Shown here one piece after another: positions 1 through 8,784 of a stretch of 31,257 nt of DNA; within the stretch, counting starts at the first letter, position 1, and each line of letters begins with the position of its first letter. The translations under genes were made by a program, and so were the position numbers. The notes under the pieces are model-generated. The model worked only from the letters and a program-made list of their open reading frames with translations. It searched no databases and had not been told where the DNA came from. The DNA is from Candidatus Nanohaloarchaea archaeon (GTDB taxonomy: Archaea > Nanohalarchaeota > Nanosalinia > Nanosalinales > Nanosalinaceae), in assembly GCA_042217585.1 (NCBI GenBank), contig JBDGSJ010000006.1, forward strand, positions 1 through 31,257, read 5' to 3'.

Positions 1-80
1 GATAACAGTATCTTCAGTCTGTTTTCGCTGGATAGTGCCTGGAATATTTCTGCGGTTTCTTCGAGGTCTTCCCTATACAT
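1..80 (-). CDS. ArsR/SmtB-family HTH transcriptional regulator, 5' part only (runs off the window edge; not in ORF track)
   Basis: Reverse strand from ATG at 80 reads MYREDLEETAEIFQALSSENRLKILL, matching the ArsR helix-1/2 pattern FxALxxxxRLxIL; an SmtB/CzrA-type operator abuts the start codon. Confidence 0.85.
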   Translation of the reverse strand, partial: MYREDLEETAEIFQALSSENRLKILL

Positions 81-106
81 AACATTTGAATAGTTGTTCA
101 AATATT
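81..106. promoter_or_regulatory. 12-2-12 inverted repeat, likely ArsR/SmtB operator
   Basis: AACATTTGAATA-GT-TGTTCAAATATT (10/12 arm match), core TGAA-N6-TTCA as in smt/czr operators; lies between the TATA box and the ArsR ATG. Confidence 0.8.
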
Positions 107-112
107 TAAATA
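103..112. promoter_or_regulatory. Palindromic TATA box, possibly shared by two divergent genes
   Basis: TATTTAAATA reads TTTAAATA on both strands; its first T is 30 nt from ATG 80 (-) and 28 nt from ATG 133 (+). Confidence 0.6.
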
Positions 113-132
113 ATGGTTGGTCAAACAGATTT

Positions 133-339
133 ATGGAAAATCGTGACTGGATTCTCAGCATAGCCGAGACCGCAGTCTGGTATGGATTCTTCTACTACCT
201 GTTATTCGCCATAAAGCAGGGAACAACACTCTGGAAGGACGCAGCCATTTTGCTTGGACTGACCTATATCGGCTTTATGCTATGTCCTTGGGTTCACAGA
301 ACCAAGGCGTGGAAAGAAACAATCGGGAAGCTGACATAG
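133..339 (+). CDS. Small two-helix membrane protein with an LCPW motif (68 aa; start moved from 94 to ATG 133)
   Basis: Two hydrophobic segments; ATG at leaderless distance from the TATA box; the TTG at 94 lies inside the operator. Confidence 0.7.
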   Translation: MENRDWILSIAETAVWYGFFYYLLFAIKQGTTLWKDAAILLGLTYIGFMLCPWVHRTKAWKETIGKLT

Positions 340-524
340 CTTCCTCATTCCTCCTTTTTCTTAAGGAAATAGAATAAACGATTGTATGCCTATACAGACA
401 GATACAACCCTTCGGGAGTTTTTCACCAGTCCTATGGGCGGTTGAAGTCAACCGCCATCACTCAAAAAGGGGCTCTCGATCCTCTATCGTGGGTTTTATC
501 ACCTGCCGGAGGGACTTTCTCTAC

Positions 525-680
525 ATGGAAGAACGATCTGTGTACGCCGGCATCCAGCTGACAGCTCTTTCCGCCTTCCTGGCGGCCTACGGAGGATCGA
601 ACCTCGCACTGCCCGGCTTCGGACTCGCGGTGCTCGGGACCGCTCTCACGGGCTACGGGCTGGTGAAGGAGGACCTCTGA
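525..680 (+). CDS. Small hypothetical membrane protein (51 aa)
   Basis: In-frame ATG at 525 about 30 nt after TTTTATCA; two hydrophobic helices; next gene starts 1 nt after the stop. Confidence 0.6.
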   Translation: MEERSVYAGIQLTALSAFLAAYGGSNLALPGFGLAVLGTALTGYGLVKEDL

Positions 681-681
681 G

Positions 682-942
682 ATGGATGAGGGACTGCTGC
701 ACCACGCATCACTGACGGTCTTCGGACTGGGGGTCCTGATCTCCAGCGCAGCGGACATCCACAGCGGACCGGACCTTTTCTCGGTACTGATGGCTGTGGG
801 CGGCGCAGGGCTCGTGGTGACGGCGGGCGCACCCATGCTCAGGGGCGATCACGGCGACGGCCACGGCAACTGGACCTACCTGCTGGCGCTCGGCGCCGCG
901 ATGATGTTCGCCGGGGCGGTCCTGCGCGCACTCGGAACCTGA
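682..942 (+). CDS. Hypothetical membrane protein (about 3 TM)
   Basis: Three hydrophobic stretches; GGAGG upstream; codon usage typical of the window. Confidence 0.65.
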   Translation: MDEGLLHHASLTVFGLGVLISSAADIHSGPDLFSVLMAVGGAGLVVTAGAPMLRGDHGDGHGNWTYLLALGAAMMFAGAVLRALGT

Positions 943-992
943 TCCCGGCCAGAAGGACCACCGTTAAAAGACTGAACGTTCATTCAGGAACC

Positions 993-1961
993 ATGTCTTC
1001 TGGAAAAGCGATACGGACGTCGGAACTGACGAAGATATACGGAGACGAGAAAGCCGTGGACGGCCTCTCGCTGGAGGTGGAGAGCGGAGAGATATTTGGT
1101 CTGCTGGGTCCCAACGGAGCAGGCAAGACCACGACCACCGGCATGCTTACGACGCTCGTCAAGCCCACCTCGGGATCGGCCGAGGTCAACGGTTTCGACG
1201 TGGTATCCGAGCAGGACAGGGTCAGGGAGAGCATAGGAGTGGTTTTCCAGGAATCAGCCCTTGACGACCGGCTGACCGGCCGCGAGAACATGGAGTTCCA
1301 CGCCCGGATGTACGGCATGGGAAAGACCAGGCGGAGGGAGAAGATAGAGGAGATGCTGGAGCTCGTGGACCTCTCCGGGGATGCTGACAGACAGGTGGAG
1401 GATTACTCGGGAGGGATGAAGAGAAGGCTGGAGATCGCACGAGGACTGATACAGGAGCCCGAGGTCCTTTTCCTTGACGAGCCCACTCTCGGGCTTGACG
1501 CCGAGACCCGGAGAAGTATCTGGGAGTACATAAACGATCTCAACGACCGCGAGGATATGACGATAGTTCTCACCACGCATTACATGGAGGAGGCTGACTT
1601 CCTCTGCGACCGCGTCTCGATAATGAGAGAGGGAAATCTGGTCGCCACCGACTCACCGGCCTCGCTGAAGGGCCGGCTGGGCGGCGACATCGTGAAGATA
1701 AAGGTCGAGGGAGGCAGCGGAGTCAGGGAAGCAGTCGAGGAACTCGGATGGGTCGAAAAGGTCGAGTTCAGCGGAGAAGAGCTGTCCGTGACCACGGAGA
1801 ACGCAGAGAAACACGTCGCGGAACTTGTGGACCTCGTTGAGTCGAAGGGCGGCGATATAGAGTCCCTGAACCTGAGGAAGCCAAGCCTGGAGGACGTCTT
1901 CCTCCACCTCACCGGCAACAGGATCGCCGGGAGGAAAGGCCTCGGGGGTGGGGAAAAGTGA
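993..1961 (+). CDS. ABC exporter ATP-binding subunit (DrrA-like)
   Basis: Walker A GPNGAGKTT, signature YSGGMKRRL, Walker B LFLDEPT, H-loop TTHYMEEA, C-terminal PSLEDVFL. Confidence 0.95.
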   Translation: MSSGKAIRTSELTKIYGDEKAVDGLSLEVESGEIFGLLGPNGAGKTTTTGMLTTLVKPTSGSAEVNGFDVVSEQDRVRESIGVVFQESALDDRLTGRENMEFHARMYGMGKTRRREKIEEMLELVDLSGDADRQVEDYSGGMKRRLEIARGLIQEPEVLFLDEPTLGLDAETRRSIWEYINDLNDREDMTIVLTTHYMEEADFLCDRVSIMREGNLVATDSPASLKGRLGGDIVKIKVEGGSGVREAVEELGWVEKVEFSGEELSVTTENAEKHVAELVDLVESKGGDIESLNLRKPSLEDVFLHLTGNRIAGRKGLGGGEK

Positions 1962-2725
1962 ACGCGGACCTCAGCTCGGTTTACGCGCTCTGGCTGAGAG
2001 AGGTCAAGAGGCTGAAGCGCTCTCCGTCGCGTATAATCGGCGGACTGGCGATGCCGGTCCTCTTCATGGTTTTCCTTTCGACAGGGTTCGGGTCGATGGG
2101 TCTTGAAGGTCTGCCCGCGGGGGTGAGTTACGTCCAGTACCTGGTACCCGGGATAATCGGTATGACCATGCTTTTCTCCGGCTCTATGGCAGGCATGTCT
2201 CTGCTCTGGGACCGGGAGCACGGGTTCCTGAAAGAGGTGATGGTGACGCCAGCCTCAAGGCTTTCGATCGTTCTGGGGAGGATAGCCGGCGGAGCGACGA
2301 TGTCCGTATTCCAGGGGATGCTGGTCCTCCTGGCCTCGCTTTTCATCGGTTTCTCCATCAGAGGTCCTGCCGGGTTCCTGGTCGGGTCCGTCTTCCTGGT
2401 GATGACAGCCGTCACGTTCATCGGCATGGGGATGATATTCGCGTCGAAGATGAAGGACAGCCAGGGTTTCGGACTCGTGATGAACCTCGTGATATTCCCG
2501 ATATTCTTCCTCTCAGGTGCCATCTACCCCGTCCAGAACCTTCCCGGTCCGGTCCAGTACCTCTCCTACATCAACCCGCTCACCTACGGGATAGACGGCA
2601 TGAGAGCCGCGATGACCGGGGCGTCTGAAAGCTCCGTGCTCCTGAACCTGGGCGCGCTCTCAGCCTCCACGGCCCTGCTGCTTCTTCTGGGAACACATTT
2701 CTTCCGGGAGATGGAGGTATCCTGA
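1958..2725 (+). CDS. ABC-2 type permease (DrrB-like)
   Basis: Six-TM pattern with DREHGFLKEVMVTP, FLSGAIYP and NPLTYGIDG motifs; GTGA overlap with the ATPase gene. Confidence 0.93.
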   Translation: MNADLSSVYALWLREVKRLKRSPSRIIGGLAMPVLFMVFLSTGFGSMGLEGLPAGVSYVQYLVPGIIGMTMLFSGSMAGMSLLWDREHGFLKEVMVTPASRLSIVLGRIAGGATMSVFQGMLVLLASLFIGFSIRGPAGFLVGSVFLVMTAVTFIGMGMIFASKMKDSQGFGLVMNLVIFPIFFLSGAIYPVQNLPGPVQYLSYINPLTYGIDGMRAAMTGASESSVLLNLGALSASTALLLLLGTHFFREMEVS

Positions 2726-2727
2726 GG

Positions 2728-3132
2728 TCATACGGACAGGTAGCCGTCCTCTATGTCCTGGAGGACCGTACCCATGGTCAGGGTCAGGAGCAGTACGAGG
2801 TAGACGACCAGCATCCCGAGGTCCGCGAGGAAGATGTCGAACGAGGAACTGGTCATGCCCCTGCTCGCTCCCCAGAGACCGGATATACCTCCTATCAGGC
2901 CCCCCATCGCGGCCCCCCAGTAGTTGACGCCGTCCCTCCTAACGAATATCAGCGGGACGTCGAACTGCCTGGTCAGCCGTCTCGCCGCGTAGACGAATCC
3001 TGCGAGACCTGATATCGAGACGAAGAAACGTACCGGAGTCCCTGCGAAATAGTTGACCGCGGCGAGGACCACAACTCCTCCGAGAGCTATACCGGCGAGC
3101 CTGCGGTCCTGCTCTTCCCTGTCCATAGCCAT
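2728..3132 (-). CDS. Hypothetical membrane protein (about 4 TM)
   Basis: Four hydrophobic, Gly-rich helices; fills the gap between well-supported genes. Confidence 0.7.
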   Translation of the reverse strand: MAMDREEQDRRLAGIALGGVVVLAAVNYFAGTPVRFFVSISGLAGFVYAARRLTRQFDVPLIFVRRDGVNYWGAAMGGLIGGISGLWGASRGMTSSSFDIFLADLGMLVVYLVLLLTLTMGTVLQDIEDGYLSV

Positions 3133-3225
3133 TATTTCGCGCCCCCACTGAAAAATCGTTGTGTCGCCATCACTTGGTCACAAAAATACGACACGTTTTT
3201 AAGTTTTCGTCTCTCACGGGTTCTC

Positions 3226-4044
3226 ATGCCGTCTGAAACCGCCGGAGGTCCTGAGGAGGGCCTCCTCGAGAGGGACCGCGTGCTTGAGCCCGGGGCCGAG
3301 ACCTCGCTTGAGTACGTGGAGCAGGTGATGGAGTCGGACCACTCGGAGCCGCTTGACGGAAGCCTGACCAACGAGCTGGTGGAGACGCCGGTGGACACTG
3401 TCCTGAAGAAGTACTCGAAGAGGCCGAAGATGGCGTACGTCCAGGCAGCCGGGAGGATACCGGCGAGGAAGCTGGAGTACCAGAACATAGAGGACCGGAT
3501 AGAGAACGAGAGAAGTTTCAGGGAGTTCATCGACCGTGAGCTGATAGACGTTCCGGAAATACTCGGTTCGGAGCAGCAGTACGTCGAGTTCGAGAAAGTC
3601 GAGGGCGAGGACCTCCACACCTACCTCAACTCCGCCTCGGACGAACAGGCGGAACGCGCGGGCAGAGAGGTCGGAGAGTTCCTCGACTACCTCCACGGGA
3701 GGGACGGCGCTATAACAGATCTCAGGATAAACAACTTCATGGTCCAGCCGGACGGGAGCATGGCGTTCGTCGATGCGGAGTACTTCGCGGAGGACGCGTC
3801 GGACTGGGAGAAGACCATGGACCTGATAACGATGGTATCAAGCGCAAGGCAGGTCAAGCCCGGCTCCTACAGCTCCTTCAGGTCCGGCTTCGAGGACAGC
3901 TACGGAGACCCCGGCGCCTTCACAGACCTCGCGGCCACCCTGACCTCGCACCTGCACGCCGCGGGACTGGAGACGGACGTCGAAAGGACTCTGCGGGCGT
4001 CCTACAACGCGGGGGCGCAGACCGCGGACCGCCTACGGCGTTAA
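3226..4044 (+). CDS. Atypical protein-kinase-like (Bud32/RIO/Kdo-like fold) phosphotransferase
   Basis: VLKKY (catalytic Lys), RIENE (helix C Glu), VPEIL, EKVEG hinge, LHGRDGAITDLRINNFMV catalytic loop, FVDAE (DFG equivalent). Confidence 0.8.
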   Translation: MPSETAGGPEEGLLERDRVLEPGAETSLEYVEQVMESDHSEPLDGSLTNELVETPVDTVLKKYSKRPKMAYVQAAGRIPARKLEYQNIEDRIENERSFREFIDRELIDVPEILGSEQQYVEFEKVEGEDLHTYLNSASDEQAERAGREVGEFLDYLHGRDGAITDLRINNFMVQPDGSMAFVDAEYFAEDASDWEKTMDLITMVSSARQVKPGSYSSFRSGFEDSYGDPGAFTDLAATLTSHLHAAGLETDVERTLRASYNAGAQTADRLRR

Positions 4045-4070
4045 ACAATAAAAGGGGGCGAACCAAATTG

Positions 4071-4541
4071 ATGGATGTGAAAGAGCAGGTGGACCTCTAC
4101 TTCCCGGATTCCATGAATCCTCTTCTGCTTTACCTGCCGGCGGTCACGCTGGGACTGGCGACCCTGCTTCCGGGATGCGACTGCATGATAGGTCTTCCGG
4201 GAGCGGAGATAAGCTACGCCGCGTTCTCCGCGCTGTACGTTCTGGCCGTCTCATTCCTGATCCAGAACCTCGGGCTCAGGCACGGGCACGAGGACCTCGC
4301 GAGCAGGATAACAGGGAGGTTCTTCCAGGAGACGGAGGGGCGTTACGAGGGCCTCGCGGTCGGAGTAACCGCCGTTTTCGTCGCATCGATCTACATAACC
4401 ACGACGCTGTTCCTGTACAGCTTCATGACCTCGACGACCTCGCTGCTGGTGATGGAGCAGGCAATCTACCTGTTCGTGTACGTGCTCCAGCTGGTGACGA
4501 TATTCGAGTTCTCGATCTACAACATCCTGGAGAACCTCTAG
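4071..4541 (+). CDS. Hypothetical membrane protein (about 4 TM, GCDC motif)
   Basis: Hydrophobic helices; typical codon usage; stop overlaps the convergent gene's stop. Confidence 0.7.
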   Translation: MDVKEQVDLYFPDSMNPLLLYLPAVTLGLATLLPGCDCMIGLPGAEISYAAFSALYVLAVSFLIQNLGLRHGHEDLASRITGRFFQETEGRYEGLAVGVTAVFVASIYITTTLFLYSFMTSTTSLLVMEQAIYLFVYVLQLVTIFEFSIYNILENL

Positions 4542-4951
4542 GAGAGCTTCTCCTTGACCCACTGCTGGGCCACGAAGAACATGGTTATGCCGAACATCCC
4601 GCTGAGGACCTGGTAATCTCTTGGAAGCGACAGCCACCACCTGAGCCCTTCCTCGAACATCTCCGTGTTGATGTATATCCCTGAGGCGGCATAGGAACCC
4701 GCGGCTCCGGCCGGTGCGCCCAGGACTCCGCCGTAACCTTTCTCGTCTCCGATCCCGTAGGCGAGGTCCTGTTCAAGCGAGAAGTACTCCTCGCCGGCGA
4801 CGTTGCCGGAGTAATCTGCCTCCTCCAGCGCGACGCGGTCGCTCTCGAGCGACTCGATGGTCCTTTCATCGCTGAGGACCTCTCCGTCCTTTCCCTGCGG
4901 CGTGAAAGGTCCGTAGATGTCGACCGGACCGTAGATACCTGATCCTTTCAT
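4538..4951 (-). CDS. Hypothetical protein, acidic N-terminus with C-terminal Gly/Ala-rich and hydrophobic helices
   Basis: Acidic composition typical of real genes here; 9 nt downstream of the preceding gene. Confidence 0.65.
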   Translation of the reverse strand: MKGSGIYGPVDIYGPFTPQGKDGEVLSDERTIESLESDRVALEEADYSGNVAGEEYFSLEQDLAYGIGDEKGYGGVLGAPAGAAGSYAASGIYINTEMFEEGLRWWLSLPRDYQVLSGMFGITMFFVAQQWVKEKLS

Positions 4952-4960
4952 ACAGGACCC

Positions 4961-5665
4961 TCAGAACAGGCCGAAGATCTTTCCCGAGCCTTCATCGTTT
5001 TCCGTATCGATGGTTTCTTTCTGGTAGTCCCAGCCCTGGTGGCTGAACCTGTGGCTGTTCTCCTTCGCCCTCTCCTTCAGCCTGTCGCCTCGGTAGACAC
5101 CGGTGTAGAGCCCGACCATGAAGGCCAGGCGGTCGTTGTCCTGGGTCCTGAACTCGTCCCAGTGGTTGTCGGCGACCGCCCAGTAGAGCTGTTCCGCAAG
5201 CTTCCTCTCGTCGAGCTGGTGCTTCACGAGCTTCTCCGCGGCCTGACGGTGCGCGGCACCCATCTGGACCCCCTCGGAGAACCAGCGGTTCGCGCTTCCG
5301 ACCGATTCGCCGTACCTGTCGTCGGTCCTCTCATCCCTCATGTGGCGGTATATCGCCGAGGTCTCGGTCGCGGGACCGGACTTCAGAGAGGCGGCGCCGG
5401 GACGGGTCAGCTCGTAGTCCTCCTCTACCCGGTCCGCTATCCTGTTGATGTCCGGCGGGTATATGCAGAGGTCCTGACGGAGGTCGAACGGGTAGTTCTC
5501 GTCGAGAGCTCCCTTGCCCTCCTCGAATATGTCCTCCAGTCCCTGCCTGACGGCCTCGGCGCCGGGTCCGCGGCATCCACAGCTGCAGGGCTCAAGCATA
5601 CCCCTGTCGAGCTGTCTTTCTCCGTCAAGTTCGTTGAAAAGCCTGACCTCGTCCGTAGTTCCCAT
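4961..5665 (-). CDS. Hypothetical acidic protein with a CSCGC motif
   Basis: Acidic composition; own BRE/TATA-like GAAAAACGTTTTAA about 30 nt upstream. Confidence 0.75.
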   Translation of the reverse strand: MGTTDEVRLFNELDGERQLDRGMLEPCSCGCRGPGAEAVRQGLEDIFEEGKGALDENYPFDLRQDLCIYPPDINRIADRVEEDYELTRPGAASLKSGPATETSAIYRHMRDERTDDRYGESVGSANRWFSEGVQMGAAHRQAAEKLVKHQLDERKLAEQLYWAVADNHWDEFRTQDNDRLAFMVGLYTGVYRGDRLKERAKENSHRFSHQGWDYQKETIDTENDEGSGKIFGLF

Positions 5666-5710
5666 ATGTTACCGTTTAATGACACCGGAAGTTAAAACGT
5701 TTTTCTCGGT

Positions 5711-8644
5711 TCACGGCCTGAGCAGGAACTCCGTCACGGTGGAGTGCTTGTAGTCCCTGACGTCCAGCCTCTGGTCCGCGACTATTCCCTGTATCGTGTC
5801 GCCGTCCAGTATGAAATCTGTCAGGTCGTTCATCGGCTGGTCCGCGGGCGTCGCGGTCACGGTAAGGAAGTCGTCGCCCGTCGCCTCCCGTGACTCCTCC
5901 TCGTCGAGCGTGGCGCGGTTCTGGAACGCCAGCGCGGCCTGGTGGTCGTGGCCCGAGTACTCGACGTCCACCGATGGAGGCCTGTTGGAGTTCAGCATCT
6001 TGTCGTTCTTGTCCTTGCCCCTGCCGCTGGACTTGTGGCTGACCAGGACCTCGTTGTCACCGATCTCCAGGTGTTCTCGGGAGCCGTCGGTGGTCCCCTC
6101 CATTATCTCGACCTCTCCGTCCTCTATCTTCGCCCGTGCGAAACCGTTCTCCCGGAGTCCGGCGCCGTCGATGTTGTTGTCGCCGCGGAGGTTGTTGTTC
6201 TCGTGGTTCCCGGTCCCGATGTAGGCCCTTCCGAGAGAGTCCTCCTCGATCATCTGCTCGACCCGGTCGTCGATAAGCTCCCTGACCCTGTTCAGCTGCT
6301 GGTGGAGATGCTGTGAGGGCTGCTGCAGAGTCACCCTCTTGCTGACTACCTCGTCCGCCGCCAGCTTCTCCTCTGGACCGCCCCCGGCCTCCTCTACTCG
6401 CTCCCGGACCGGACGGATCCAGCTCTCGTTGAACATGTCGCCTCTCTCTATGTAGTTCTCGGTTCCCTGGCCCCTGAAGGCGTCCCAGCCCTGCACCGCG
6501 TCACCGATATCCACGAGTATCTGGTCGTCCGGGGTCTCATCCTCTATGTAGTCTATCTCGAGCTCCAGCATGTCCTCAATCGGGGTCTGGTGGGCCCACC
6601 TGAGGCCGTGGGGCGCGCCGAGCTGGGAGTCACCGATCAGCGACACGCCCTGCATCTCGTCCTCCTTGTAGTCGAACCCGAGGACCTGGGTCTCGAAGAA
6701 CGCGCTCATCAGGTCCTCATCCTCCCTTCCGAAGGTCTCACGGAAGTCCTCCCTGAACTCGTCGGGCTCGAACTCGTCCTCAAGAGAGTGGTCATCGAGG
6801 AACTGCTCCAGCTTCCGGTCCTCGACCTCTTCAAGGAACTCCTCGACCTCGAGCTGGCGGCCTATGTTCCTGAGGTCCTCCTCCGCCCAGGCGCGGAACC
6901 TCGGCGTCTTCACGACTTTGCCGTCGACCTCCTCGTGGTCCAGCTCGGCCAGCATCACGGTGGAGTCGTACATGCCCTTCTGGTGTCTCTTGACGTCCCA
7001 GTTGGAGTCCATGCCCTCCTTCTTCGCCTCCACGACCTCCCTTCCATCCTGGAAGGTCCCGACCTGGACCGCGGCCATGATATCGGAGTCCATCCCCCTC
7101 CCCTTCCTCACGAACCTGACGCGGCCCTGTCCGTGGTGGGAGTTGATGAACAGGTCCGGGTCCATGTCGCTCATCTGCTCCCTCTGGTTTATCATCCTCT
7201 CGTGTCCGTACTTCAGCGGCACGTCCGAGTTACCGTTCAGGTTGTGCGCCGCCTGGACCACGTTGCCGTTCAGCTCGAAGGTCGCTATGTCGCCGTCGTA
7301 GACTATCTCCCGGAAGTCAACGTTGTCTATGTCCTCGTGGAGCTTCCTGTACTGCGCATCTGTCGCCTCGTTCAGTATCTCGTTCCAGTCCGCCTTGATA
7401 TTGGTCCTGCTGAGTATCTTCGCGCCGCCGGGCCCGAGCGCCTCACGGACCGCCTTCTCCGCGTTCAGCGCCCCGACCTCAGTCTTCTTCATGCTTATCG
7501 TGGTCTCGAGGTCGTCTATGGCGTCCTGTATCTCCCTGCGCCTCTCCCTCATCTCGTCGACGTGGTCCTCCGCCTCCTCCGGCACGTCAGTCTCCTCCAG
7601 CGTGTCGACGAGCTCGCCGTCGATAAGGTCCTCCTCGTCGATGCCGGTCAGCCGGTCCCTCAGGTCGCCCGAGACGTCCTCGTACTCCTCGAGGGTCTCG
7701 TTCACCTGCCGGACCGCGTCCATCATCTCGTCTATGTTCTCGTCTATCTCCTCGCCGATATCCCGGACCTTGTTCACGTAGTTCTGTATGTCGGCCTCCT
7801 TGATCTCCTTCCGGTTCTCACGTCCCTCCTCCCCGTCGGCCAGGACCACCGGGACGTCCCTGCCGATCGCGTCGGAGACCTTTCCGAACTCCTCCTCTAT
7901 GCTCTCTATCGCCATCTCGTAGTCAACTATCTTCCGGGCGAGCTCGTCCTCATCGATCGAATCATCTATCATCGCCATCACGTCGTCGACCCTGTCCTCT
8001 GAGACCACGCGGTCCCCGATGACCTCCTCCAGGGTCGAATCCTCGAGCGCCTCCTCGATGTTCTCGACGCGCTCATCGTAGTCCTCTGTCTCATCGACGG
8101 AGTCGAGAAGCTCGAGGTCCTCGTCGTTGGTTATCGAGTAGAACAGCGGGACTCTCGGGATCACGCTTCCGCCGACGTACATCCTGAACTTCTCGTCGGA
8201 GAAGTAGTCGTCTCCCTCCTCCTCACGTATCTCTGAGAGCTTGTAGGCGAGTCCGCGCCACGCCTTCGGCGATGAGAGCTTGGTCCCCGTGTTCGGCTCC
8301 CCGACCATGAGGACGTGGGCCTCTCCCTTCTCCTCAGCCCTCGCCTTCCTGTAGTCCTCGTTGACCCCAAGAGCCTCGCCGGCGAGGAAGTTCAGCTTGT
8401 CCTCCTGGCTGGAGAGGTCCGGCTTGTCCATGTAATCGGTGGAGAACGCGAACGAATACGTCTTTGTATCTTCCTCCTGGTTGCCGAAACGTTTCTCGAC
8501 CAGGACCTTTCCCTGCGGTGATTCACGCAGCTGCTCGAGGTGCGGCTCTATCTCCTCCTCAGGTATCTCCTCGCCGTCGTTGAGACGGGATACCACGTTT
8601 TCGAATCCTAAATCCTGTCCAGAGAAGCGCTCAAGGGAACTCAT
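5711..8644 (-). CDS. Large protein with two calcineurin-like (DP1-like) metallophosphoesterase domains and an acidic coiled-coil insert
   Basis: C-terminal domain: IGDSQLG, IGDAVQG, GTGNHE, VSHK, SGHDH. N-terminal degenerate copy: VGEPNTG, GGSVIP, DGEEGREN, AAHN, PDLFINSHHG, VGTFQD. Confidence 0.75.
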   Translation of the reverse strand: MSSLERFSGQDLGFENVVSRLNDGEEIPEEEIEPHLEQLRESPQGKVLVEKRFGNQEEDTKTYSFAFSTDYMDKPDLSSQEDKLNFLAGEALGVNEDYRKARAEEKGEAHVLMVGEPNTGTKLSSPKAWRGLAYKLSEIREEEGDDYFSDEKFRMYVGGSVIPRVPLFYSITNDEDLELLDSVDETEDYDERVENIEEALEDSTLEEVIGDRVVSEDRVDDVMAMIDDSIDEDELARKIVDYEMAIESIEEEFGKVSDAIGRDVPVVLADGEEGRENRKEIKEADIQNYVNKVRDIGEEIDENIDEMMDAVRQVNETLEEYEDVSGDLRDRLTGIDEEDLIDGELVDTLEETDVPEEAEDHVDEMRERRREIQDAIDDLETTISMKKTEVGALNAEKAVREALGPGGAKILSRTNIKADWNEILNEATDAQYRKLHEDIDNVDFREIVYDGDIATFELNGNVVQAAHNLNGNSDVPLKYGHERMINQREQMSDMDPDLFINSHHGQGRVRFVRKGRGMDSDIMAAVQVGTFQDGREVVEAKKEGMDSNWDVKRHQKGMYDSTVMLAELDHEEVDGKVVKTPRFRAWAEEDLRNIGRQLEVEEFLEEVEDRKLEQFLDDHSLEDEFEPDEFREDFRETFGREDEDLMSAFFETQVLGFDYKEDEMQGVSLIGDSQLGAPHGLRWAHQTPIEDMLELEIDYIEDETPDDQILVDIGDAVQGWDAFRGQGTENYIERGDMFNESWIRPVRERVEEAGGGPEEKLAADEVVSKRVTLQQPSQHLHQQLNRVRELIDDRVEQMIEEDSLGRAYIGTGNHENNNLRGDNNIDGAGLRENGFARAKIEDGEVEIMEGTTDGSREHLEIGDNEVLVSHKSSGRGKDKNDKMLNSNRPPSVDVEYSGHDHQAALAFQNRATLDEEESREATGDDFLTVTATPADQPMNDLTDFILDGDTIQGIVADQRLDVRDYKHSTVTEFLLRP

Positions 8645-8784
8645 GCTCGCAGCCGAGCAGGTCTGTAAAGGTTTTCAGAAGCGCTGAAACTTCCAGTTCT
8701 CGACTGCGTACTCAAGTTCTCCCCCCTGTCGAAAAAACCGGACGCACCAGTTATTAATCTAACGCCCAGGACCGGTCAGGAGAT

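Noticed and set aside
6590..8002. Long antisense ORFs such as 6590-8002, 14676-15821, 19852-20622 and 27549-28643 on the + strand
   Set aside because: Shadow frames opposite well-supported genes, expected from GC-rich codon bias; no motifs and atypical composition.
8641..8715. 24-codon TTG-start uORF coupled to the 977-aa gene
   Set aside because: No protein-like features, and a BRE/TATA-like GAAAACCTTTACA 25 nt before the main ATG explains leaderless expression.
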